Shown here piece after piece: positions 51,131-63,240 of a stretch of DNA of 64,000 bases. The position numbers and the translations under genes were made by a program. The stretch is from Octopus vulgaris. Lineage: Eukaryota. Under the pieces are notes generated by a model that did no database searches, had not been told where the DNA came from, and was given only the letters and a program-made list of their open reading frames with translations. The stretch spans positions 8,680,001-8,744,000 of the forward strand of contig OX597829.1 of the NCBI GenBank assembly GCA_951406725.2, written 5' to 3'. The stretch's first letter is position 1. Every line of letters starts with the position of its first letter.

Positions 51131-52199
51131 ACAGGGAAAACATATTTGAAATCAATATGAAAGCAAAAAGCATATATTTCTCTTCAAGAAAATTTGGTAC
51201 AATGACTCTTCGAAAGTGAAGAGTCATTTCATCCTTTATTTAAAAGCGAAGACTTCATTTTCATAGCAACCAATATGGATTTAGGTGTAGCAAAAGTTAT
51301 GATGGCGCACATCCGGTCAAAAATAAGCATGTAATAGCTAACATGTGGCTGTCTTCTCTGAAGTTTTGTAAGCTAGGAAAGATCAAGGCTACCTATCCTC
51401 CAAATAAATGAGCAAACGAATACAACTCATCTGTTGGTGGCGATCGGGAAGAGAAGATTCATGTATTATTTATATGTATATTTTGTTATCTGAAACTTTT
51501 AAACGTTTTTCCTGGATATAATTGAAAGTTAATAGGGTCGTTCCCACTGTTTTTTGATGCTTCAAACACAAAAAGAAACACAACAGCAGCATCACCATCA
51601 CTATCCAAACAACAACAATAGCGAAAACAACAATGACTGCTACAGCTCCAGGAACAAGAACAAGCATCACAAATGAAAACTTCAGCCCATTAAAACTGTT
51701 CCGCCATTACTTATCTCGAAGGAAGCCTTCCTTCATCCGTTCTTCCACTACACACAAACGCACTCATGCCCACTCACACGCACGCTCGCTTCTTCTTTTC
51801 GAGTTCGGTTACATCTCCTTCGAACCTTCATTCAGCAAGAAGGAGAAGAAGAAGACAATGCTGTAGCAAGAAACCTTTGTCGGCTCCTGGATATAAGAAA
51901 GAGACTATATCAAGATGAAGCCAAGATTTAATAGGGTGGCAGAAAGTTTGCCATTTCCCCTGACAATGTCAAGAACATCATCACAATCTCTCAACCACAA
52001 TCACTAGCAACATCACAACAACAACATAAAAATTTAAAATAAACGCACAACTACCAAGAAATAAAACCAACGGAAAGAAAAGAAAGCAAATATTCACTAC
52101 TCTATCATGTGTCTTCTGGTCTCTTATCACATTTATATATTTGCAGATACTTGAGCTTCCTACTAAAGCTGGAGTTATTGTAGGGGATCCATTTTGAAT

Positions 52200-54090
52200 G
52201 GGCTGCCAAAAAGACGCATCGGCTTGTGTGGACGACCTAACAAGCGAAACAGGTGTGAGCTGGTTGGCGCCATTTTAAAATTCAGAGCGCTCAAGGGTTA
52301 GTCGTTGATTTGTAGCTTGATATCTGGCGAAACAAATTCATGCTATCAGATAGCGTCGAAGACCGCTGATACTTTAGACCACTTAAACTACTCCGGGTTT
52401 GGTTTAGTCCAGATTACCAGATGGGTAGGACCGTGAAAATTGTTACGTGCATAATGAAAAGCCTCACACTGAAATAAGAAATGGGCCGAAAGAAAGCTAT
52501 TTCTGTAATATCGGACCTAGATGGCAAACTCGTAATGTCTCTGTCATAATTTATATCTTCACGTTGCCCTAGTCTTTACTTTAACAAACAGGAACGTCTC
52601 TTGTTTCTTACGGAAGGAGCATCATTTACTGGTCAAACACTCCATCTTAGTTAGTTAGTTAATTTTTGGCTCAAAAAGCAAAAAGCAAGGCCATGTAGGG
52701 GTACATGGAGTTATGTACAGAGTGGTGCTCATGTAAAGAGTTCAGGCCACTTTTGGTCAAGGGAGACTTTGAACCGAGCGGTCGTCGGCATCTTCACCAT
52801 CTCGTCCGGCAGCTTATTCCACGAATCCGCAACCCGGACGGAGAAAGCCCCTCTCCTTCGATTGAGATGAAATCGTCGCAGATAGAGCTATCCGGAGTGA
52901 CCCCGCAGCCGACGCTCTGGAGCAGGAGTGAAGAACAGCTCTTTCGAGAGGTTACACTTTCCGCTTATGATGTTGTGAGCAAGAATGAGATCACCACAGC
53001 GTCGTCGTTTTTCTAGAGAATAAAGGTCGAGCGTCTTCAGCATTTCTTCATAAGACAAATTCTTGAGACCAAGAATCATGCGGGTAGCCAGCTTCTGGAC
53101 TCTTTCGAGATGCTGTATATCTTTGAGGAGATAAGGAGAAGAGGCTTGAATCCCGTACTCCAATATGGGTCTCACCAGCGTGACATAGAGCGGTAGGAAT
53201 ATAGCTGCTGTGAGCATTCCGAATGACCGTCGAATCAAGAACAGAACTCCGCGTGCTTTATTGGCAGTATGGACGCACTGGGCCGAAGGCGAAAAAGAGG
53301 AATCCACCAAGATACCCAGGTCCTTTACCTGGTCGGTCCTCTCCAGCAGCAGACGACCCGGCTCGAAATCAAGTTGAGTTGCAGACCAATATCCAATTCT
53401 CGAAGAGCTCGGGTTTCCGTACTTATTGATGTACTAACAAGATCTGAGGCAATAGCCTCTGCAATGACTCTTGGACTGTGAACAAGGTAAACAAGTGTTA
53501 ATAATGTTTGTAAAACCAGTCAGCTAGTCTTATAAATGGAGCTACAGTCCTGGGTGAAGAAAAACCAATATTTCTTCACTTGGTTCCGACAACCTTGTTT
53601 ACCGTTCACTGCCTTCGATTAATCGAGCAATGTGGTTGGTAGGTTTTCGGCATCAGTACTCTATAGAGAATTAACGGCAGAGAATGCCAACGTCGTCTGA
53701 AAATGCCAACGTCGTCTGTTCTGAAAAGCTTTCAGAAAGTGAGTTATAATTTTTCCGTTAATTCTTAATCAACAAGCAATACCCGTTTGAAGTAAGCTGT
53801 TCAGGCACCGCCACTCTCGTCGTCCAAGTTTCAGGCAGTGCAAGAAATTCATTTACTTGGATTCGATAGCGACATTCGTCCTATATGCAATAGCCGGTCG
53901 GCTTCACTATACACGTTGATAATACGCAAACACAGTAGGAGAGCAGACCAGATGAATTCGTTGCATTTCGCACAGATGATTCGTAGAGAGCGCTACTTCT
54001 CGAAGTAGTAGTGCTCTCCAGTAGAAGTGCCAACAATTTAGTGATTCTTTTCGTAATCCCCACTGAGAAAATACTCAGGAACAAACCAGC
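52200..54090 (-). mobile_element. Old RTE-like LINE RT relic, interrupted by a CR1 insertion
   Basis: KLLALL...LYESSVR...CVLS, FSDDVGIL (YADD-like, within a 17-bp near-tandem duplication at 53683-53718), VLPI near 52420. Confidence 0.5.
52647..53360 (-). mobile_element. CR1-clade LINE 3' end with (CTAA)n tail
   Basis: KDLGILVDS, LYVTLVRPILEYG, IQHLERVQKLATRM, LSYEE.LKTLDLYSLEKRR..GDLI. Confidence 0.93.
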
Positions 54091-54170
54091 CTATTCAATC
54101 ACACCGACAGAATCAGTCACACACGCTCACACACACGCACACACATTAAACCGTAAAAGTAAGTGACTGT

Positions 54171-54477
54171 ATATATTTGTTTAACCATTTTTCGGGTCTT
54201 AAGATTACGGCCGTTTCGCAACCTTCATCATGTAATAACAATTTCAGTGTATGATAAAATTATTCTATATATCTGCATAATACGCATGTTACTCATTATA
54301 TAATACTAACGTAAAGTCATAAATCAACTCAGATAAAGAAAGCTAGCTCTTCAAATCACTAGAACGTCATAATTACACGAATTCGTCAACTCCCCGATAC
54401 ACTAAAGTTATTGCTATCTCATGAAGGCTGCGAAACGCGCGAAATCCTAAGTATGGCAAATGGTTAAACAGACATAT
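54171..54477. repeat. Imperfect inverted repeat (about 70-bp arms) carrying hammerhead-like cores
   Basis: Reverse complement of 54171-54239 (GTTATTACATGATGAAGGTTGCGAAACGGCCGTAATCTTAAG...AAATGGTTAAACAAATATAT) aligns to 54407-54477. Confidence 0.75.
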
Positions 54478-54635
54478 TGACCTCTCACATCTCAAGACCA
54501 TTTATAGTTTATGTTCTCCAGATGATATAATTTTATCGATCGTAACTTTTGGATTTCAGCTACTGCGGGATCTCATAGCTATATACTATACCTCATATGT
54601 ATGTGTGTATGTATGTGTGTATGTATGTATGAATG

Positions 54636-54697
<62 letters not shown>

Positions 54698-54830
54698 TTA
54701 TCTATCTATATATATATATACACACATGTAAATATATGTGTGTGTTTGAGCCTTGAAGTCTTGTACCTTCATCAAAAGTCTTGTACCATGTTTTGTATTT
54801 TTGAGACTCAAGACTTTTCATATACCCCTC

Positions 54831-54872
<42 letters not shown>

Positions 54873-54965
54873 ATACGCACGTGAGTATGTGTGCATATAT
54901 GTACGTATGTATGCATGAGTTATAATAAGTGTACATGTTATACGCATACGTACATGCACATATAT

Positions 54966-55472
54966 GTTAGAAAGTTAGTTAATTATTTGGCTCAAAAAGC
55001 AAAACGCAAGGCCATGTAGGGGGACATGGAGTTATGTACAGGGTGGTGTTCATGTAAAGAGTTCAGGCCACTTGTGTTCAAGGGAGGCTTTGAACCGAGC
55101 GGTCGTCGGCATCTTCACCATCTCGTCCGGCAGCTTATTCCACGGATTCGTAACCCGGGCGGAGAAAGCCCTTCTCCTGCGATTGAGATGAAATCGTCGC
55201 AGATAGAGCTTTTCGGAGTGACCCGCAGCCGACGCTCTGGAACAGGAGTGAAGAACAGCTCTTTCGAGAGGTTACGCTTTCCGCTTATGATATTGTGAGC
55301 AAGAATGAGATCTCCACAGCGTCGTCGTTTTTCTAGAGAATAATGGTCGAGCGTCTTCAGCCTTTCTTCATAAGACAAATTCTTGAGACCAAGAACCATG
55401 CGGGTAGCCAGCTTCTGGACTCTTTCGAGATGCTGTATGTCTTTGAGGAGATAAGGAGAAGAGGCTTGAATT
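54966..55472 (-). mobile_element. Second, shorter CR1 3' end of the same family
   Basis: Highly similar to 52647-53155. Confidence 0.93.
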
Positions 55473-55747
55473 CCGTATATGTTTGTATAGGCGTGTGTAT
55501 TTCCCGATTGATTCGTATAAAAGCATAAAAATAAGATCGAGCACATTGCTTTGTGCGGTTTATGTCGAAATAGAACCCGGTTCCTTTGAATAGCAGAGGT
55601 GATTTATGTCCTTCTCTACACGATACGAAACTCTCATGTGCAATATTACCACTGCATATAACATTGAAATTTATTATTCCTGTAATATCTATTAGAAAAT
55701 ATAGTCTGTTTACACCAATTAAATAGAAGTCTGTCATATAGAAACGT

Positions 55748-56113
55748 GGAGGCTCAATGGTCCAGTGGTTAAGGCAGCGGACTCGCTGTTTCGATTCCCA
55801 GACCGGGCGTTGTGAGTGTTTATTGAGTGAAAACACCTAAAAGCTCCACAAGGCTCCGGTAGGGTGTGGTGCTGAACCCTGCTGTACTCTTTCACCAGAA
55901 CTTTTTCTCACTCTTCCTGTTTCTTTTGTACCTCTATTCCAAAGGGCCAGCCTTGTCACACTCTGCATCACGCTGTTTCTCCCCGAGAACTACGTTAAGG
56001 GTATGCATGTCTGCGGAGTGCTCAGCCACTTGCACCTTAATTTGACGAGCCGGCTGTTTCGTTGATCGGTTCAACTGGAACCCTCGTCGTCGTTATCGAC
56101 GGAGTGCCACAAC
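55748..56113 (+). mobile_element. Near full-length tRNA-derived SINE
   Basis: GGAGGCTCAATGGTCCAGTGGTTAAGGCAGCGGACTCG...GTTTCGATTCCC; same family as 10075-10230; ends GACGGAGTGCCACAACA. Confidence 0.88.
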
Positions 56114-57914
56114 ATAGAAAAGTAGAAAATAACCAACAGCATTGCAAATGACGAATATAAAAAATGAAACAAATGTAAAATCGTAACAACTATAAAAACG
56201 TTACAAATCACTACCATTATTACATAAGTTATAGATATTACAACTTTCAAATACATTCATCCATTTAGAAATATTACACTTCGTTTATACTCAATTTTCT
56301 CTGTTGCATTTATTGTATCGGTTGACAAGAAATCGTAGTTACTGAAAAAAATCCAACTGAATCGAAACAGCTTCAACTAAGATATAATGTATACATTTTA
56401 TCTTTTACAAATTAATCTACACAGAAAAAAAAGTGGGGTTAGATTAGTGTAGCAACAGCTTTCTAGATTATACGGATCGTTAATATTAACTAGAGTATGA
56501 AGTAATATGAGCTTTAAGTCACGCCCAATCTTCATTTGAAACAAGCCTTAGTCTCAAACGCAGCAGATTTCAGTCCTTCACACTGGTGTGAAGTATATAG
56601 CACATCAGAAGCGACCGCGATGCCTCTGGGGTAATATATTTCATACTTCCAGATATTATTAAGGTTTCAAAATATTCTTTTCATAGAATCTGCATAAAAA
56701 TTTTACTCTTTATTTGATTTTAGTCATCTATTCTTGGCCAGGCTGGAGCACCACGTCGAGACTTGTTGCAGGGTTGCGCATGGTATTTGGTGAATCATTG
56801 ACAGTGATATATCTGCTCTCTTATCTGAATAGGTCAGTCATGTAGTTATGTAAGCTCATCTGGAAATATAAACAGTAGAATGGTGTGCTTGTAGCTTCTA
56901 TTTCCAGTAAAGACACAAGTAGTCACATAGCAGCACAAATAACAACCACACACAAGTGCAATAATTCACCCATGAGTGCACTTAGTTGCACATTGAAACA
57001 ATTTTTCACACAGTAGTAAAAACTGGTACACATTAGTACCATTGGTCGCATAATAGCGCAATTGGTCAGATATTGGTAAAACTAGTTGTGCAGTAATACG
57101 AATAGACGCACGCAATTCTTTAAAATTTGCAAACGCATTTCATTATTTATCATGTTTTTTTATTTGTTCCATTCGTATTTAACGCCTGATTTTTACCCAC
57201 CCCCCGCTCTCTCTCTTCTCTTTCTATTCTCAGCTATGATTGTTGAATCTACCCGCCATTAGTTATGTTTTAATGGCTTAATCAGAAGAATTGCAATATC
57301 AATGGCTTTTTCATAGCCTACGATATAAGTGTGTGTGTGTGTGGTGGGGTTATTCTTGGACTTTGTTAAACAATTTCGAAGGTACAATGTGGTAGTATTA
57401 AACCAGGGCGTGTCACATAATAAAGTTTTGATCGCCGTGTTATTTAAAGCAACTAGCTTCTCAAATGTTTTGCGCAGAGTATGTTCATTTCAATGAATTT
57501 ACTGACAAACAAGATTAAAAGCAAACCAAGTGAGAAACGGATATCGATAACCGCCGAAAGCAAGAAAGCTCAACATATCCCTATTAAATGCAGAACCATA
57601 AGCATACCTTTTTTTAATACTTAACATAAACATGTAAACACAGTTACGCACACTCAAACACACTGAATCACAAATGCTCACACAGAGATACACATATCCG
57701 AGAATGTGATTACTTCGAAATTCTTTTCCTCTGTAGTATGTTATCTCATTTCTTTCGATATTTCATGATCCTGAAATAAACCCTAACGGTGTTCGATTAT
57801 CATCATCATTATCATCATTGTCGTCGTCGTCATCATCATCGTCATCGTTGTTGTTATTATTATAATTATTAGCAGCAGCAGCAGCAGCAGTAGTAGTACT
57901 AGTAGTAGTAGTAC

Positions 57915-58200
57915 GCTAGAGATGTACTACAGTGTCAGCTGTTCACTGCCAGTGAACTTAGGTAATACCTCTTATTTTTCGAGCACCTTCCGGAGTATTC
58001 GAGCGGTTCCAAGTACTGCTGTTTTCTGCAAGTGGCTTCATCCTTATTGCAGCTTCTATTTATTCTCAAAGTTTTTACTTACTGTTCCCAGGGCTCCAAC
58101 AGTTAATGGTACTACTACCACCTTTTTTTATCTCCCAAGCTAACCTGTCATATCAATCGACTTTTTTTTGTTCCTTATCACATACCTTGTTGTCCGCCGG
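57915..58200 (-). mobile_element. R4/Dong-like LINE 3' end followed by trinucleotide arrays (57795-57912)
   Basis: KKVVVVPLTVGALGTV, LQKTAVLGTARILRKVLE. Confidence 0.85.
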
Positions 58201-58399
58201 GTATGCTATATCTCTGTCTCCACTCTCCTGTTTCTGTTACCAACTTTGACCCTCCGCAAGTTCCAAATTTTATTTTGGTTCGAAGCCTCATATTGTCGTT
58301 AAATACTCGAAATGAGGAGTAGATGGACTGCCGACTGTCGTTATGTTATTTGTCTCACAGTTCTATATTTAAGAGATGAGGAATTATGTATATTTGTTA

Positions 58400-58435
58400 A
58401 CACAACGTTTCGGCTGATATACCCTCATCAGGTGT
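58400..58435 (-). ncRNA. Type I minimal hammerhead motif, stem II weakened
   Basis: ACAC-CTGATGA-GGGTATATCAGCC-GAAAC-GTT-GTGT; stem I ACAC/GTGT intact. Confidence 0.65.
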
Positions 58436-58497
58436 CTTGAGGAAATTTTGAACATGGGTTTCTGTTGTTATTATCATTATTATTATTGTTATTATTT

Positions 58498-58556
58498 GGA
58501 GTCGAACTCGGAATCTTGGTGTTAGTAGCCCGCACTCTTAACCACTACGCCATATG
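58498..58556 (-). promoter_or_regulatory. tRNA-like segment with Pol III A and B boxes inside the Penelope 3' region
   Basis: TGGCGTAGTGGTTAAGAGTGCGGGCTACTAACACCAAGATTCCGAGTTCGACTCC. Confidence 0.75.
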
Positions 58557-59230
58557 TTCGTGGACAATTGTGGAGTGAATTTTAGGGCTTATAAATCTAC
58601 TATTTTCCTTAATACCGGTTCCCATATGCTGCTCATATCTGCACTCGGTCTGCTTAGGAGGGCGTTGTGTCCTAGCATATGTGCTGCTTCTTTTAGTTTT
58701 CGTATTTTCCCGTGGCGTTCTCTGTCTATTATTTTAACTTCATCCCACAGGTGGAGGTGGTCTCCATTTTTCCATACATGATCAGCTAAACCATATTTAT
58801 CAATATCTCCTCGTGTCGCAGCTCTGTGATGTTGCTCTGCCCTTACTTTGAAGGGGCGGTTTCGCGTTTGTATAACCTACCACAGCTGCATGGGATGGAG
58901 TACACGCAGTTCATGGTCAACAAACGCGAAACATGCCGCCTTTTCAAAATAAGGGCAAAGGAACATCGCAGAGCTGCGACACGAGGAGATATTGATAAAT
59001 CGGTTATAGCTGATCATGTATGGAAAAATGGAGACCACCTCCCCCTGTGGGATGAAGTTAAAATAATAGACAGAGAACACCACAGGAAAATACGAAAACT
59101 AAAAGAAGCTGCACATATGCTAGGACACAACAACCTCCTAAGCAGACCAAGTGCCGATATGAGCAGCATATGGGAACCGGTATTAAGGAAGGATAGGAAA
59201 ATACTAGATTTATAAGCCCTAAAATTCACT

Positions 59231-62200
59231 TGTTTGGATGTTGGTACCTCAAACATGTCATACATACTTCCGTGGGGATTTCATTTTTCGTGACTTCTTT
59301 TCGCTGAATCTTTTTTTTTTTACTTTGTTAATATGTCTCTTGTGTTCGTTAGTTTTTATTTCACCAGGAGTACCATTCTTCCAGTTTATGTAATATTTCA
59401 CTGTCCTCCCAGCTTTCTTTACCGTATATATAGGTTTTAAAAGGAAATTTTGTCGCCTAACTAGAAGTATTTTTCTTGTTCGACTTCTTTTTTATTTTCA
59501 CTCAGTATTAGCTTATCAAAGATGGATCTGATGTTTCTAGCAAACATCTATTCTGCGGGTGTTATTCAGATTACTTGGTACACTCTTAGAAATTGTGGAA
59601 GTGCAAAATCCTCCATCACTTCATTGTTCGCCTTTTTCAACGCCCCCTCAAAGTGTCAACAAAACCTTGCGCTTGTCCATTTGACCTAGGATGATAGTAC
59701 GAAGTCACATGTTCCACAAAGAACATTTTGCAAAATTTTCTGAACTTGAATGAGGTAAACTGAATCAGGAATACCGTACCTTGCGAGCAATTCATATAAA
59801 TAAAACTTATTGTAATCGTAGATGTCGGCTTTTTACCTTTGCGCACTTCCGGTCACTTTGAAAAATTGTCCACCACAGCAAGGTAATATGCACCCTTAAG
59901 TGGACCTGCAAAATCAACATGCAGTCTGGCCAATGGAAGATGTTTTTGGCCACGGCTACCATTTAGTTGTTGGCGCTTTTGCAGCTAAGGCACACCCTCT
60001 TCATGCTTTCACTGATTCTTCAAATTCACGGTCCAGTGTTGTCCAATAATCGTAACTTCTCAATGATTTCATTCTTGAAATCCACGAGCTGTCAATATGA
60101 AATTCCTTTAATAATCGCTTTTCTGGTGCGGCTGGTACGATGACTCTTTGTGCATATATCAACACATTGTCACACTTAAGAAATGCTTCGCATTATTATT
60201 GCGCATATGTTTATCTCTTTTGGCCGTCAGTATTTCTTTCATTTTTATAATGAATTTATAGCTTTTCGATTTTAATTTTATATCTTGTAAAGTAACTTGC
60301 AGTTCATGAACGACGTTACTCAAAACATTTTTAATTTCATTTTCCGCACGCAAAGCAGCAATCACGGTATCTTCAAATGATTCCGCAGTTTTCGAAATCC
60401 GCATCACCTAATTTCTTGGATGGTATTATATGCTCCATCTTGAAATCTTAGTTTAATAATATCGTACCACGGCGTTGAAACATATTTGCAATATGTGTAG
60501 GAATTTCTCGACTCAAATATCGATTATAATGGACGATAATCAGTCTGTAGACCAAAAACCGTGCAAAAATCTGTGAAATTCTTTCACAGCAAAGATAATC
60601 TTTTTCGATTTGACTATAATTTTTTTCTGCTGATATCAGAGAACTTGAAGCACGAACCACTGCCTTCGTGTTACCATCTTTATATTTGTGTAGCATTACT
60701 GCTTGTATACCGTAGCTGAAACTACAACAATCTCTGCTGCAGGATCGAAGTGTGCTGAAAACAAATCAGATATTAATATTAATATTTATTTCATCAAACG
60801 CCTTTTGACAATTTTCCATTTCATATCTTTCTTCAGCAGATTATTCAGCGGAATCCTCACCTTATGCATATTTGGAATATAATTTTGGTAATAATTTGCC
60901 TGTCCTAAAAATGCTTTTAGAGTCGCTATATTAGTCAGAAGGGGCATACTTTTAATTGCGTCTACACTCGACGGGTCTGGTCGACGTCCATATCTGTCAA
61001 GGATTGTAGTAAATCTTATTTTGGATAAGAAAATTCATATTTTTCTTCACTCAAAGGAAAGCCGCAATCCTTTAATTTTTCGGATACATACTTTACGCGC
61101 TGTACCTGTTGATCTCTGGATTCACATTTAATGAGTATATCATTGCGAATTCACAGTTTGCTAACATTGCATCCATAATCTGTTGAAAAATCGCTGGTGT
61201 GATTTTTAAGCCAAAAAGTACCCTGTTATATTTATATAATCCTTTATGTGTGTTAATTGTTAAGTATGTAGAGCATTCAGCATCTACTTTAATTTGTTGG
61301 TATGCTTCAGAGAGATCCAATTTTGAAAATATCTTGCCACCGTTTAATTTCGCAAAAATATCCTCCGGAGTAGGTGGCGGATAGTCACACGTTTTAAGAC
61401 ATTTATCTAAACCAATGGCAAAATGAGCACACACTCTGATTGTGTTATTCCTTTTCTTAACGCACACAGTTGGTGATACCCATTGACTATATTCCACTTT
61501 TTAGATAACTCCAGTTATCTTCTTGTTTCTCTAACTCTATGTTTATCTGTTCTAGCGCTGCTTTTTGTTTAAATGTCGGCATGGCGTTTTCTTCTATTTG
61601 AAACCGCGCCTTCGTTTTGGTGCACAGACCTAATTTATCAACAGAATTTAAGGAACAATATTAAATTTTTTTCCAATTTGTTTGACGACTTATTTATACT
61701 GGAAGAAAAGCCATTCACATTTTTACAGAAAAGATTTATGGGGAGGTCTTATAAGCTGAATAATTCCATCCAGTGGCTTCCGAATAAATTTGTTGTATTA
61801 TTTAACGCAAACACTTTAGCTTTTAAGTTTTTTTCACGAAATGTAATGTTACTTATCGCTTTTAAAATTTTTCTCGTAAAACACCACAGGAAATTTTCAA
61901 AGCTTTATACATTTTTTCCATGTATCTGTGTTTACTATCGAGATATTGCTGCCGGTTTCCAAGTGTAAATTTATGTTTGGGTTATTAATTTTTACATACA
62001 CAAATTTCAGTTAAAACTCGTTCGTATTTTTGTCACCAATAATCTGTTTTTGCGCTTTTTTCTGATGAACCAGTTTTTAGGTTCTGTCTAACAATACGAC
62101 TTTTTATAGCTTATTTTACCACATTTGAAGCATTCTATATTTTTAAACGAACAGTTATTTTTAAAATGTAGACCACCGCATCCATAACATGGATTCGGGC

Positions 62201-63240
62201 TTGACATTTTTTGTATTTTCTTATTCATTACCGCTCGAATCTGAGAGCAATCTTCCTCTTTAATTTTATCTGTGCCATGTCGTAGATTTATAATCCTCTG
62301 ATATTCTTCTGATACTGCTTGTAGAGTTAAATTTTGGTCCTATTCTAATTTTGTTAATACCCGGGAACGTATACCAGCACCTTTGTTTGCAGTAACCCTT
62401 GAACAAAAATTAAAGCTTGAACATGCCTGAGGTCGACTCATTCAATTTGAATTTCTTACACTCTCTGTTAACCACTCCGGCACACGTGACGAAATCTTCA
62501 TCATCTTTTTTGACCAAATTTAAACATTGCCAGCGTGCATTGAACAGGAAACTTCTTTCAATGAAAATTTTTGATAAGATATTGTTTCATCGAAACAAAT
62601 CTCACCTGGCTTCTCCGACAGAATATAATTACTATATTTTTCATATTCTGCAGGGGATAACTTTCTTAAGCGTAGTCGTACTTTTTTTCTCGTAAGACCA
62701 ACTTTTACACTCTTTGAAGATTTCTTCATAGCTTTGAAAATATGCAGAGAAGGTAATCCTTTCTTCAATTGGATTTGCAAAGCTGTCTGGTGAATACGAA
62801 CCTGAAGTATCTTCAGACTTTCAGTATTAATTCCAGCAACCGTTGGTTTTCTGTTATTGTTGTTGTATTTGCTACCGTTGTAATTATTGTTGTAGTTGCT
62901 GTTATTGTAATTGTTGTTGTAGTTATTGCTGCAGCTGCTGCTGCTGTAGCTGTTGCCACGGTAACACGAAGGCCAATATGTTTTCCATGTTAAAAAGATT
63001 TTCCTTTGGTTTTGTACCAAAACAAAAGGACTTAACACCCAACGCAAGCTTCGAACAAATCGTCACCACTTTTATATCTTTGTATTGGATACATAATATA
63101 ACGAAGCAAGGAGGAAGAAAATATATACACGACGCACTACTATTACTATTACACGAGACTCAACGCTCTCTATCATGGCTCACGGTGAACTGCTTACCAA
63201 CCCGAAATGCCAATCGCTCACATTTATTTAATTCATAACA
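59231..63240 (-). mobile_element. Decayed Ty3/Gypsy (Mag-like) LTR retrotransposon; 3' LTR not seen
   Basis: Gag with knuckles CYGCGGLH..NC and CFKCGK (62100-62195), protease LETGS, RT (WVSP, FSKLDLSEAY, INTHKGLYKYNR..FG), RNase H (AEKNYSQIEK), integrase (HVDFAGP, YHPRSNGQA). Confidence 0.93.
63060..63240 (-). repeat. Putative 5' LTR (about 63073-63240) and primer-binding site
   Basis: Minus strand starts TGTTATG at 63240; TGGTGACGA at 63068-63060 directly after the LTR. Confidence 0.7.

Larger units (their letters stand above)
58345..59230. mobile_element. Penelope/Poseidon-type element, two truncated copies in inverted head-to-head arrangement
   Basis: Minus copy 58345-58915 with NCVYSIPCSCGRLY..ET (GIY-YIG) and 3' UTR; plus copy 58921-59230 with RAKEHRRA, IADHVW, KIRKLKEA. 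Confidence 0.9.

Noticed and set aside
50787-51227. 146-aa minus-strand ORF with a signal-peptide-like hydrophobic stretch
   Set aside because: Antisense to a probable RTE relic; no recognisable domain or splice support.
58498-58556. Functional tRNA gene
   Set aside because: No acceptor-stem 3' half and imperfect anticodon stem; treated as a tRNA-derived segment. The same applies to the SINE heads.
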